A DNA stretch of 60,307 nucleotides, taken from positions 10,600,700 through 10,661,006 of the forward strand of contig NC_057720.1 in NCBI RefSeq assembly GCF_004010195.1, given 5' to 3'. This document shows, piece by piece, positions 1 to 11,375 of this stretch. The notes beneath the pieces are model-generated. The model searched no databases. It was given only the letters and a program-made list of their open reading frames with translations, and was not told where the DNA came from. The position numbers and the translations under genes are program-made. The first letter of the stretch is position 1. Every line of letters starts with the position of its first letter. Origin of the DNA: Chiloscyllium plagiosum. Lineage: Eukaryota.

Positions 1-395
1 CGGCTAGGAACTCTCCAACCACAAGGGATGAACTCGGGTTTCACCAGTTTCCTCATTTCCCCTCCCCCCAGCCTGTCTCAGTCAAATCCATCAAATTCAG
101 CACCGCCTTCCTAACCTGCAATCTTCTTCCCGACCTCTCCGCCCCCACCCCAGTCTGGCCTATCACCCTTACCTTGACCTCTTTCCACCTATCACATTTC
201 CGACGCCCCTCCCCCAAGTCCTTCCTCCCTACCTTTTATCTTAGCCTGCTGGACAAACTTTCCTCATTCCTGAAGAAGGGCTTATGCCCGAAACGTCGAT
301 TCTCCTGTTCCCTGGATGCTGCCTGACCTGCTGCGCTTTTCCAGCAACACATTTCCAGCTCTGATCTCCAGCATCTGCAGACCTCACTTTCTCCT
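1..395 (+). mobile_element. Penelope-like element (Neptune-type) 3' end / pseudo-LTR with hammerhead motif
   Basis: End of GIY-YIG ORF (RLGTLQPQGMNSGF), C-rich spacer, then the terminal module CCTGAAGAAGGGCTTATGCCCGAAACGTC...CTCACTTTCTCC shared with other PLE copies. Confidence 0.85.
270..297 (+). ncRNA. Minimal type-I hammerhead ribozyme motif (PLE family A)
   Basis: CUGAAGA-A-GGGC(UUAU)GCCC-GAAAC-GUC: both conserved core boxes, a 4-bp stem II, a GUC cleavage triplet and palindromic ACGU in place of stem III. Confidence 0.75.
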
Positions 396-865
396 TAATC
401 TTCGGAGGGTCAATGTAGACTTGTTGGGCCGACTGGTTATATGAGTCACTCTCCAGTTATCTGACACCTCACCAGTGGTAATAGATTATACAAATGTTTT
501 TCCAAAGGGGCCCTGCAATTTCCTCCCTAACGTCCCACAACGCCTTGGGTTACAATAGGTCAGGTGCGATAGATTTATGCACCTTCATTTTTTCTGAGAT
601 ATGCAGCACTTCCTCTTCTGTAACGTGAACTTTTTGAAAGCATCCTTTTTTTTTAGTTCTCTAAACTCCATTTCATTCTCCACAGTAAAAAAAACTGATG
701 CAAAATACTCATTCAATATCTCCCCCATCTCCTGAGGTACAACACAAAGATGACCTCTTTGATCTTTAAGGGGCCCCTCACACTCTATAGTTACTTTCTT
801 GCTCTTAATGCATTTGTAGAATCTCTTTGGATTATCTTTCACCTTATCTTTCACCTTATGATTGA

Positions 866-1265
866 TTAGGTTAGGTTTATTTTCATTATAAAAAAGGAGA
901 TTGAGAGGGGACCTGATTGAAGGGTATAGACAGGGTGGATAGAGACAAACTTTTTCCCAGGGTGAAGGATTCAATAACGAGAGGTCATGCTTTCAAGGTG
1001 AGAGGTGGAAAGTTTAAGGGGCAGACACGCAGTAAGTACTTCATACAGAGGGTGGTGGGCGTTTGGAACACGTTGCCAACAGAGGTGGTTGAGGCAGGCA
1101 TAGTAGATTCATTTAAGATGCGTCTGGATAAATGCATGAGTTGCTGGGGAGCAGAGGGATACAGATGCTTAGGAATTGACCGACAGGTTTAGACAGTACA
1201 TTTGGATCGGCTCAGGCTTGGAGGGCCGAAGGGCCTGTTCCTGGGCTGTAAATTTTCATTGTTCT
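866..1265 (+). mobile_element. Young CR1 (HER1-like) 3' fragment
   Basis: MKGIDRVDRDKLFPRVKDSITRGHAFKVRGGKF...QRVVGVWNTLP is the CR1 ORF2 C-terminus, followed by the 3' UTR GGGCCGAAGGGCCTG. Near-identical to 25271-25965 and 48009-48590. Confidence 0.9.
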
Positions 1266-1706
1266 ATCTGCCAAGGCTGCCTCATATCATGTCTTTACTT
1301 TCTTGATATCCCTCTTAAGAATTATTCTACACATTTTGTATTGTTCAATAGATTCATTTGAACCCAATGTCAATATCTTATATATGATTCTCTTTTATTC
1401 TTGACTAAAAGCTGAATATCTTTATTCATCAGTTATTCTCTGAACCAACCAGTCCTACCTTTCACTCTAACAGGAACATAATGACTCGAAGTCTCGTAAT
1501 AACACTTTTAAAAGCCTTCCATTATCAGGCATCACTTTACATGTGAACAGAATACTCCAATCAACTTTTGAAAGTTCTTGTCTATAACATTAAAATTTGC
1601 CTTCCTGAAATTATAAAATTTAATGAAAGGCTTATGCTTTCCTGTAACTATTTTAAAACAAATAGAATTATGATCACTATACCTAAAATGTACCTCTACT
1701 ATTCAT

Positions 1707-2040
1707 GGGCAGCATGGTGGCTCATGGTTAGCACTGCTCCCTCAAAGTGTTAGGGATCTCGGGTGACTGTCTGTGTGGAGTTTGCATGTTCTATGTGAGT
1801 TTCCTCTGGGTGCTCTGGTTTCCTCCCACAGTCCAAAGATGTGCTGGTTACATTGATTGGCCTGTGCTGAATTGCCCATAATGTCCAGGGATGTGCAGGC
1901 TGGGTAGATTAGCCATGGGAAATGCCGGGTTGCAGGGATAGGATGGAACAAGGGTCAGTGTGGGATACTCTACAGAGAGCCATTGTGGACTCGATAGGTT
2001 GAATGGCCTGCTTCAACATTGGAGGGATTCTATAATTCTA
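1707..2040 (+). mobile_element. HE1-type tRNA-derived V-SINE
   Basis: A-box GGTGGCTCATGGTTAGCACTGCT, V-domain TGTGTGGAGTTTGCA...GGTTTCCTCCCACAGTCCAAAGATGTGC, CR1-like tail. Confidence 0.85.
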
Positions 2041-2297
2041 ATCACTTCAGTCACTTGTCCTGTTTTACACCTGAAGAGAAGGTCACATTTTGTTCCTTCT
2101 CGAGACAGAACATTTGCAAATTAATAAGGAAAGTATTCTTGAACACAAGTAAAAAATTGTTCACCATCCAAACCTTTAACATGATGGTAGACCCAGTCAG
2201 TGTTTGGAAAATTAAAATCACCAACAATTAGAATCGTATTATTCCTACATATATATTATTCCTACATATATCTGAGATCTCTCTGTATATTTTTTAG

Positions 2298-2597
2298 AAT
2301 CATATAATCTCTACAGTGTGGAAACAGGCCCTTCAGCCCAACATGTCCACATCGATACCCTGAAGAGTAACCCACCCAGACCCATTCCCCTATATTTACC
2401 CCAGACCAATGCATCAGCCCTTCACATCCTTGGACATATGGGCAATTTAGCGTGGCAAATTCACTTAACCTGACACATCTTTGGATTGTGGGAGGAACCC
2501 CACACAGACACGGGGAGAATATGCAAACTCCAGACAGACAATCACCTGAGGCGGGACTCAAACCCGGATCCCTGACGCTGTGAGCCACCATGCTGTC
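2298..2597 (-). mobile_element. HE1-type V-SINE
   Basis: Reverse complement of the same SINE consensus. Confidence 0.85.
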
Positions 2598-3963
2598 TAT
2601 GAATAGTGGAGGTATATTTTGGGTATAGTGATCATAATTCTCAATTCAATCTTCGATTTCCATCTGACTATTGAAGGGCCTATAGTACAAGCCCAACAAG
2701 ATGATCATTTCTTTTTTATTTCTGACTCCAACCCATATATATTCACCGGGCAATCTTTCTGAAATATCTTGTCTGGTATCAGCAGTAATGCTTTCCTTAA
2801 TCAAAAATGCCACTCCCCTAATGGTTTGCCTCCTTTCCTATCCTTCCTGTATCATGTGAAACATTGAGCTATCAGTGCTGCCCATCCCCTGGCCAAGTTT
2901 CTGTAATAGCTATGATGTGCCAGTCCCATGTTCCCAAACATGCCCTGAGTTCATCAGCCTTACCTGGAAGACCCCTTACACTGCAATAAAATGCAGTTTA
3001 ATTCTTCAGAGTAACTCCATTCTCTGAAATGCTGTTGTCTTTCTTTTCTAATTAATTGTAATTTTCAGAATCACAACCTTCCAAATCTATGTATTTACTT
3101 TGCTACTTGGGATCCCTCCACCGCCACACCCACTGGAATAGTTTACTGTCTCTCTTCATAGAATTAGTAAATCCCCCTGTGAGGATCTTGGTCCCTTTGC
3201 AGTTCAGGTGAAACCCACCCTTTTTGAACAGGTCTTCTCTGCCTCAGTGGAGATCCCAATGACCCAAGAACCCAAATCCCTGAACATGACACCACATCTT
3301 CAACCATTAATTTATCTCCTTTATCCTTTTATTCTCATTCATTCGGCACCAGGAATAAACCAGAGATTCCTACTTTAGAGGTTCTGTTTTTTAATCTTCT
3401 ACCAAACTTCTTATATTCACTCTGTAAACCCTGAATCTTTTCCCTAACTATGTCATTCCTACCAATGTGTACAATAATGTCTGGTTTTTCACTCTCCTGT
3501 TCAACAATATGCTTCAAATGTCTTGAGGTGTCCTTAATCCAGGAAAACAAGACTCTACAGGAACAGCTAAAGTTCGAGGAATTATTTTTGTTCCTTCACT
3601 TTCTGTGTTACTGTTCCTGACCTTGTTTCTGCGAAAGACAAAAGCCCTCATTAGATCCAAGCCTCGATACAGTCAGTGTCATTGTTTCATGGGTTAACAA
3701 GGAAACATTTAAAGAATGCGCAACACCCATTAGCCACATTATCTGTCACAACAGTTCTTTCCTCTTTTCCTGTTTATAGGTAAACGTTTCCTTCTGGGAG
3801 AAATGCATTTCAAGTTATCTAGCTGCAAAGTTTGCACAGAAAATAGTGTGTACATGGCGCCAATAAATTGGTTTTTGACCTTTGAGCAAAAAAAGGCTGG
3901 AAGTCACAGCAGGTCAGGCAGCATCTGTGCAGAGACAGCGAACTCACATTGTTGGTCCAGATG

Positions 3964-4190
3964 GGAGAACATGAGGACTGCAGATGCTGGAGATCAGAGT
4001 CGAAGAGTGTGGTGCTGGAAAAGCACAGCCTGTCAGGCAGCTTCAGAGGAGCAGGAGAATCGACATTTTGAGCATAAACCTTTCATCAGCTCTTTTTCCT
4101 GATGAAGAACGTTTGCTTGAAACATCAATGCTCCTGCTCCTTGGATGCTGCCTGACCTGCTGTGCTTTTCCAGCACCACACTCTTTGACT
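3964..4190. mobile_element. Fold-back PLE mini-insertion: two head-to-head hammerhead modules inside an older PLE terminus (3885-4260)
   Basis: ...CTTTCATCAG-ctctttttc-CTGATGAAG...; the ~95-nt arms are inverted copies, and the left arm carries the extra ~34-nt tail. Confidence 0.8.
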
Positions 4191-4482
4191 TGTGAGTCTA
4201 GATGACTCTTCATCAGAGCTGATGTGAAGGGGCAGCATTTATGCAATAATGGAAGAGGAAGGATGCTGATAGTGCAGATTTAGTGATTGGAATGTGAGGA
4301 TGGAAGATTGTTGATGAGTTGAGCCATTAACAAGATGCTTAACAGGTAATAATCATCTTAGTTGTAATTTGCCATGTCTAGCCAGACACTTGCTGCATTG
4401 CATTTTGAAAGTATTAAGAAGTGCACAAATATGCTCCTGTTGTATTGGGCCTCACCAGAATTTTCATCAATTTCTGTTGGAA

Positions 4483-5388
4483 ATCCTACCATAACCAGCA
4501 TCACACAGTTCCTGAAAAGATTGTACCCCATGATCTATTTTATTCATTGAATTTAAATTTTATCAACTGCTGGAGTGGGATTTGAGCCTGTGTCCCCACA
4601 GCATTAGCCTGGGCCTTCAGTCAGGTAACATTATCACTATCCCCACCATAACATATAAATATATGGGAACAGTTAATGCTGAATCCCACAAACCACTGGA
4701 GGCCAACACATTGCTGAAACAAAATGTCATAAATATAAGTCAGTATTGAAGTTGCTCACAAATTCAGTGTCATTTGTAACTCTTCTCTGGAGTATTCATT
4801 CATTAAAACTCAGCGCATTTATTGTGGTAGAAAATGTCATTTAGATTATGAGTTTAAATACTTAAACTGCTGGGATTGTTGAGCAATTAACATTCTCATC
4901 TTGAAGAACAGATTGTGCATCTAAACATCGGAAGCTTCTTTTGACAAGCGGAAATAAGATAATGCTGTGGATAGATTCTTAAATACTCAACGTGCTACTT
5001 GGAAACACTCCATGCATTTGTGATCGTTTCTCTGTCTCCACTGCATTCCATCCGATAATACCATCATCAACACCATGATGTGTAAAATCTCTCCCTTTTA
5101 CCTCATTTAAAGAGCCACTACCTTGGCAGGATGTTCAACTGCTTCATTTTCCAAACTGCATTCACCCTTGTTCCCCCCTCAAACAGTGCTCGGGTCCATC
5201 TCCCACTGCAGCGGGCTTCACTGTCATCACCTGTGATTTCCACATCTCCACATGAACCCAACTTTAAGCTCCTCATCTTTAAAGGGGCAGTTCTGTCCAG
5301 GACAGCTGGCTCATGTTCTCACCACTGCATTGCTTGCTTCTCGTATCCTTGCATCTGTACATCTAAGCAGAAGTGCACTCAACACATC
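4483..5388 (+). repeat. Left arm of an old inverted duplication (partner 8884-10022)
   Basis: Colinear reverse-complement match, e.g. GGGTCCATCTCCCACTGCAG / CTGCAGTGGGAGATGGACCC, GAAATAAGATAAT / ATTATCTTATTTC, CCTACCATAACCAGCATCACACAG / CTGTGTGATGCTGGCTATGGTAGG. Confidence 0.85.
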
Positions 5389-5538
5389 CTGAGTACCAAG
5401 CAATCCTTTGAATGAACATTGCCAGTGTGAATAAACCACTGTCCACTTCAGGTATCCTCTGCATTTGGAAAACCAACGAAAAATTAGACGACCACTTTGC
5501 TGACCAACTTGAAGCAATCTGGCACTTGACACTTCAGT

Positions 5539-6787
5539 GGGAGAAAATGAGGACTGCAGATGGTGGAGATCAGAGTCAAAACGTGTGGCACTGGAAAAGC
5601 ACAGCAGGTCAGGAAGCATCCGAGGAGCAGGAGAGTTGATATTTCAAGCATAAGCTCTTCATCAGGAATGTCGGCCCAAGGGGGCTGAGAGATAAATGGG
5701 ATGTGGGGCAGGGGGCAAGGGAGCAAGGAATTTGATAGTTGGGAAGTGATGGTGATAGAATGGAGTGGAGGGTGGAGCGGATAGATGGGAAGGAGGATGC
5801 TCAGGTAAGACAGGTCAAGAGGGCAGTGCTGAGTTGGATCTGGAATAAGGTGCAGGGAGGGAGATGAGGAAACTGGTGAAGTCGACATTGATCCTGCACG
5901 GTTGGAGGGTCTGAAGGCAGAAGATGGAGTGTTGTTTCTTCAGACATCAGGTTGCTAGGGTTTGGCAGTGAAGGAGGCCCAGGGTGTCCCAGAGATGTTC
6001 TATGAAATGCTCTGTAAGTTGAAATCATGTCTCCCCAATGTAGAGAAAACCACATCAAGAGTAACGGACACAGTAGATGAGGTGTTTGGAGGTGCAAGAA
6101 AATCTCTGCAGGATGTGGAAGTAATCCTTTGCGACCTGGGTGGATAAGATAGGAGAGGTTTAGGCTCAGGTCTCACATGTCTTGCGGTGACAAGGGAAGG
6201 CGTTGGATGGAAGGTGGGTTGGTGGGGGTCTTGGAGGAGAAAGTGAGGACTGCAGATGCTGGAGATCAGAGCTGAAAATGTGTTGTTGGAAAAGCGCAGC
6301 AGGTCAGGCCTGTTCCTTGGATGCTGCCTGACCTGCTGCGCTTTTCCAGCAACACATTTTCAGCTTTGGTGGGGGTCTTGGACCTAACAAGGGATTCACG
6401 GATGGAATGTTCTCTGTGGAATGTGAAAGGGGTGAGGAGGGAAATAAATCTCTGGTGGTGGGGACTGACTGCAGGTGGCAGAAAAGGCGGAGGATGACTT
6501 GTATCCAGAGATTGGTGGGGTGGAAGGTGAGGCCAGGGCCGTTCTGTCTCATTGCAGTTGGAGGTGTGAGGTTCAAGGGCGGAGGTGCAGGAAGTGGAGG
6601 AGGTGTGCTGGAGGACATTGCTGACCACCTGGGAGGGGAGGTTGTGGTCCTTGAAGTAGGAGACCATCTAGGATATTCTGGAGTGGAATTGGTCCTCCTG
6701 GGAGCAGTTGTGGCCAAGGCGGAGGAATTGGGAATAAGGAATAGTGTTTTTACAGGAGGAGGGGAGGAGATGTAGTCCAGGTAGTCT
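5539..6787 (-). mobile_element. Neptune-type PLE, 3' part (RT C-term, GIY-YIG remnant, terminal module), minus arm of fold-back
   Basis: ORFs SCKNTIPYSQFLRL..CSQEDQFH and MVSYFKDHNLPSQVV; hammerhead remnant CTGATGAAGAGCTTATGCTTGAAAT on the minus strand at ~5640-5665. Confidence 0.88.
6236..6365. mobile_element. 130-nt fold-back PLE terminal-module insertion with 17-bp TSD
   Basis: TTGGTGGGGGTCTTGGA at 6219-6235 and 6366-6382. Internal inverted repeat AGCTGAAAATGTGTTG..GGAAAAGCGCAGCAGGTCAGGC / GCCTGACCTGCTGCGCTTTTCCAGCAACACATTTTCAGCT. Confidence 0.9.
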
Positions 6788-8883
6788 CACCCTCTCTAAA
6801 CTCTCACCCTCGCAATGTGCAGCATTCCATTCCCTCCACTCAAACCAGAACCTCACCATCAAATGCCTTAGTAGTTTGGGGCATTAACCTGAACACCGCT
6901 GAAGCCAGACGCCAATTCATGGACACCTCCTCCCATCGTGCTCTCGACCACGACCTCATCTCCCATCACCAAACTACCATCTCCCAGACCATCCACAACC
7001 TCAATACCTCAGGGAACATGCCATCCACAGCATCCAACGTCATAGTCCGAGAACACCCCACTGCCCGGTTCTACCCCCTCCCCAAAATTTACAAGCCTGA
7101 CTGCCTCAGTCGACCCATCCCCTCCTATTGCACTTGCTCCATTAAACCTATCTCGACATACCTTGACACCATCCTGTCCTTCTTGGTCCAGGATCTACCC
7201 ATGTAAATGCGGGACACCCTCCACCTCCTCCATGACTTTCATTTCCCCAGCTCGTAATGACTCATGTTCACCATGGCCATCCAGTCCCTGTATACATCCA
7301 TCCACGATGCCGAATGCCTCCTAGCCCTCCGTTTCTTCCACTCCTGCCGACCCAACCAGTACCCTTCCAGTGACACATGCATTGCATTGGTGGAACTGGT
7401 CCTCACTCTCAACTTCTCCTTCAAACCCTCCCAGTTCCTTCAGACCAAAGGGGTAGCCATGGACACCTGCATGGGCCCTAACTAAGCCTGACTCTTCATT
7501 AGATACATGGAATATTCTACCTTTTGCAGTTACATTGACACAATCCCCCACCTTTTACTCCACCATATTCATGATTGTATTGCTGCCACCTTGTGCTCCC
7601 ACTTCACTAACACCTTCCACCCTGACCTTAAGTTCACCTGGACCATCTCAGATACTGCTCTCCCCTTTCTAGACCTCTGCATCACCAGCAACCAACTTCA
7701 AACCCACTGACTCCCACAGCTACCTCGGCTACTGCGCACTCCCCACCTTCTCCCTCACCGTAAAAATGCGACCCCTTACCCTCAATTCCTCCACCTTAGC
7801 CATATCTGCTCCCAGGAGGAGCAGCTCCACTCCAGGATATCCCAGATGGCCTCCTGTTTCAAGGACTGCAAATTTTCCACCCACGTGGTCAACAATGTTC
7901 TCCAGCACATCTCCTCCACTTCCTGCATCTCCACCCTTGAACCCCACCCCTCCAACCACAACACTGAATAGAACCCCTCTCAGGTCCTCACCTTCCACAC
8001 CACTAATATCCGGATACAGCGCATCAATTAGACACCACCACCAGAGATATATCTCCCTCCCCACCCTTAATCTGCATTTCACAGAGATCATTCCCTCCAT
8101 GACTCCCTCATTAGGTGAACACCGCCCACCAACCCCTCCTCTACTAACGGCACCTTCCCCTGCCAGTGCAATAGGTGTAAAACCTGTCCCCACCCCTCCC
8201 TACTCACCTCCATCCAAGGCCGAAAGGACCCTTCCACACCCGGCAGAGAGTTTTCTGCACATCCACCTACCTCATCTATTGTGTCTGTTGGTCTCGATGC
8301 GCTCTACATTAGGGATTCAGGATACCAACTTGCAAAGCACTTCAGGGAACATCTCTGGGCCACATGCACCAAACAATCCCACTGCCCTCTGGCCGACCAC
8401 TTCTACTCCCCCTCCAACTCCACCAAGTCCTGTGCCTCCTCCACAACCAAATCCAAGCCACCTGATCACTGGAGGAAGAACACCTCATCTTCTGCCTTGG
8501 GACACTTCAGCCACATGGCATCAACGTCAACATCAACAGTTTCCTTATGTCCCCTCCATCACCCCACAGACCCCCAACCTCATCCCAAATCCAACGCTCT
8601 AACTTGGCATCACCCTCTTGAACTGTCCTACCTGTCCAACTTCCTTCCCACCTATCTGCTCCATCCTCCCCACCAACCTATCACAATTACCCCCCACCTG
8701 CATGCACCTGTCACCTTCCCAGCTGCCATCCCCCCACCCCACCCCCAGCCTCCTATTTATCTCTCAGTCCCCTTTCCCCATGCTACAATCCTGATGAAGG
8801 GCTTAGGCCCGAAACGTGAATCTCCTGCTCCTCGAATGCTGCCTGATCTGCTGTGCCTTTCCAGCACCACACGTTTTGACTCT
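6788..8883 (+). mobile_element. Neptune-type PLE (RT + GIY-YIG, disrupted), plus arm of fold-back
   Basis: RT motifs ARFYPLPKIYK, SLYTSI, QTKGVAMDTCMGP, LKFTW; EN region ALYIRDSGYQLAKHFREH; terminal hammerhead CTGATGAAGGGCTTAGGCCCGAAACGTG at 8791-8818. Confidence 0.9.
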
Positions 8884-10022
8884 TAGATGTAAAGATGCCA
8901 GGATAAGAAATACAAACAATGCAGTGCTGGGCACATGAGTCAGTTGTCATGCAGTGAACTGTCCTGTTAGAGTTGTGGAGCTTAAAGGTGGCTTCACTTA
9001 AAGTTGTGGAAATTACAGGTGATGACAGTGAAACCAACTGCAGTGGGAGATGGACCCCACCACTGTTTGAGGAAGGAACGACTGTGAATAGAGAAGGACA
9101 GGAAGTGAAGCTGTTGTAGAGACATGGAGATATATGGCACAGAAACAGATCCTTCAGTCCAACTCGTCCACGCCGATCAGATATCCTTAAACCTAGACCC
9201 TCTAGTTCTGGCTTTATAAACATCTATAAGGTCACTCCTCAGCCTCCAATGCTCCAGGGAAAACAACCCTACATCTCTGTGTAGCTCAAACCCTCCAAAC
9301 ATGGCAATGTCCTTGTAAATCTTTTCTGAACCCTTTTCAAGTTTCACAGCATCCTTCCTATAGCAGGGAGACAATGTTCTGTCATTGTTCTTCGGTTGAC
9401 ATACAAGAGAGAGATTTTACACTTCATGGTCTTGACAATGGTATTATCAGATGGATGCACTGGAGACAGAGAAACTGTTACAAATGTATGGAATCTTTAC
9501 AAGAAGCATAGTATATACTTAAGAACATATCCACACTATTATCTTATTTCAACTTGTCAAAAAAAACTTCTGATGTTTCGATACACAATCCGTTCTCCAC
9601 GGTGAGAATGTTAATTGCTCTCAAATCCCAGCAATATTAGTATTTGAGCTAACATTTTAAAGTAATCCAAAATATATTTTCCCAAATACACTACATTTTC
9701 TACCAAAGTAAATGCATTGAGTTTTAATACTCCAGAGAAGTGATTGGATATTGGATCTGTGAGAAACTCCAATACTGACATTTGTTTCAGCAATGTGCTA
9801 GCCTGCAGTGGTTTGTAAGATTCAGCACTAACTATTCCGATATGTTTATATGTTATGGTGTGGATAGTGATAATGTTACTGGACTGAAGGCCCAGCTTAA
9901 TGCTCTGGGGACACACACTCAAATCCCACCAAAGCTACTGGTGAAATTTAAATTCAATGAATAAAATAGACCATGTGTAAAATCTTATAAGGCACTGTGT
10001 GATGCTGGCTATGGTAGGATTT
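8884..10022 (-). repeat. Right arm of the old inverted duplication (contains a CR1 3' fragment at ~9120-9375)
   Basis: Reverse-complement similarity to 4483-5388 throughout, apart from the CR1 insert. Confidence 0.85.
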
Positions 10023-10139
10023 TGCAGCAATTCTTTTAAAATACCGAGTCAAAATGTCAGTAGCTCCAAGACTGCAGCTTGTTTGGGATGTTTTTGGTGC
10101 TGGAAAAACATCAGGGCAGCCAAATTTCCAGGTCTTGGG

Positions 10140-10600
10140 CACAACCTGTCCATGCTGCCCAGTTTTCACAGTTAATCTAGTCCCATTTGCCTGTGATTGG
10201 TCCACATCCCTCCATACCTATCCCATCCATGTACCTGTCCAAATGTTTATACAGTGACAAAATTATACTCGCCTCTGCCACTACCTCTGGCAGCCCATTT
10301 CAGACGATCAGCACCCTCTGTAAAAGAAATGCCAATCTGGACCCTTTTGTATCTCTCCACTTTCACCTTAAACCTGTACCATCTAGTTTTAGGCTCCCCT
10401 AATACAGAGAAGAGCTGTTGGCTATCTGCTTTATCTATGCCTCTCATGATTTTACACACATCTATAAGATCAAAGCTCAGTCTCCAATAGTCCAGGGAAA
10501 AAAGTCTCAGCCTAACCAGCCTTACCTTATAATTCAAAATGTTTTCTGCGCTCTTTCCAGTTCAGTAATATCCTTTCTGTAGTTGGGTGACCAGAACTGC
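10140..10600 (-). mobile_element. CR1 3' fragment
   Basis: RLRLFSLDYWRLSFDLIDVCKIMRGIDK (CR1 ORF2 C-terminus). Confidence 0.85.
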
Positions 10601-11375
10601 ATGAGAAGTTTGTTAAATAGTAAACTTAGCATTGAACTGTTTTCCAGCAGATCAGTATATTTTAGTTCACTTTGTGGGATGTGGGTGTCGCTGACTGCAG
10701 CATTTATTTTCCATCCCTTGTTGCCCCTGAGAAGGGGGGGTGAGCTGCCTTCTTGAACAGCTGCAGTCTATCTGCTGTGAGTTGACCTACAATACCATTA
10801 GGGAGGGAATTTTGATCCAGCGACAGTGAAGTAACTGGGATATATTTTCAAGTCAGATTGGTGAGTGGCTTGGAGGGGAACATGAAGGTGGTGGTGTTCC
10901 CGTGTATCAGCTGCCTTTGTCCTTCCAGATGGAAATGGTTGTGGGAATGGAAAGTGCTGTCTGAGGATCTTTGGTGAATTTCTGCAGTGCATCTTGTTGA
11001 TAGTACACACTGATGTTACTGAGTGTCGATGGTGGAGGGATTGGATATTTGTGGATGTAGTGTCAATCAAATGGACTGTTTTGTGCTGAATGCTGTCAAG
11101 CTTTTTGTGTGTTGTTGGAGCTGCACCCATTCAGACAAGTGTGGAGTATTCCATCACACTCGTGCTTTGTAGATTTTCTGGAGTCAGGAGATGAGTTACT
11201 CGTCACAGTATTCCTATCTTCTGTCCTGCTCTTGTCACTACTGTGTTTATGTGGTGAGTCCAGTTGAGTTTCTGATCAATGAGAACTCCCAAGATGTTGA
11301 TAGTGGGGGATTCAGGGATGATAACACCATCAAATGTCCACGGGCAGTGGTTGGATTGTCTCTTATTGGTAATAG

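Larger units (their letters stand above)
440..3545 (-). mobile_element. Old degenerate CR1 LINE (ORF1 SGNH-esterase remnant and ORF2 endonuclease region), interrupted by younger inserts
   Basis: ORF 3335-3550 PDIIVHIGRNDI...KVGISGL is a CR1 ORF1 esterase motif. ORF 585-974 KDNPKRFYKCIKSK...GEILNEYFASVF is CR1 ORF2. Confidence 0.8.

Noticed and set aside
3755..3870. Strong plus-strand splice acceptor (ttctttcctcttttcctgtttatag) followed by short open frames
   Set aside because: No recognisable peptide, donor or partner exons.
5150..5260. Minus-strand CSGRWTRALFEGGTRV resembling an Ig/TCR J segment
   Set aside because: No FGxG motif, no recombination signal sequence or splice donor, and not conserved in the duplicate arm.
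7766..8886. Pro/Ser/Thr-rich 278-aa and 201-aa ORFs (also 28281-29276, 30057-30536) resembling mucins
   Set aside because: Alternative or frameshifted frames of C-rich Neptune PLE sequence.
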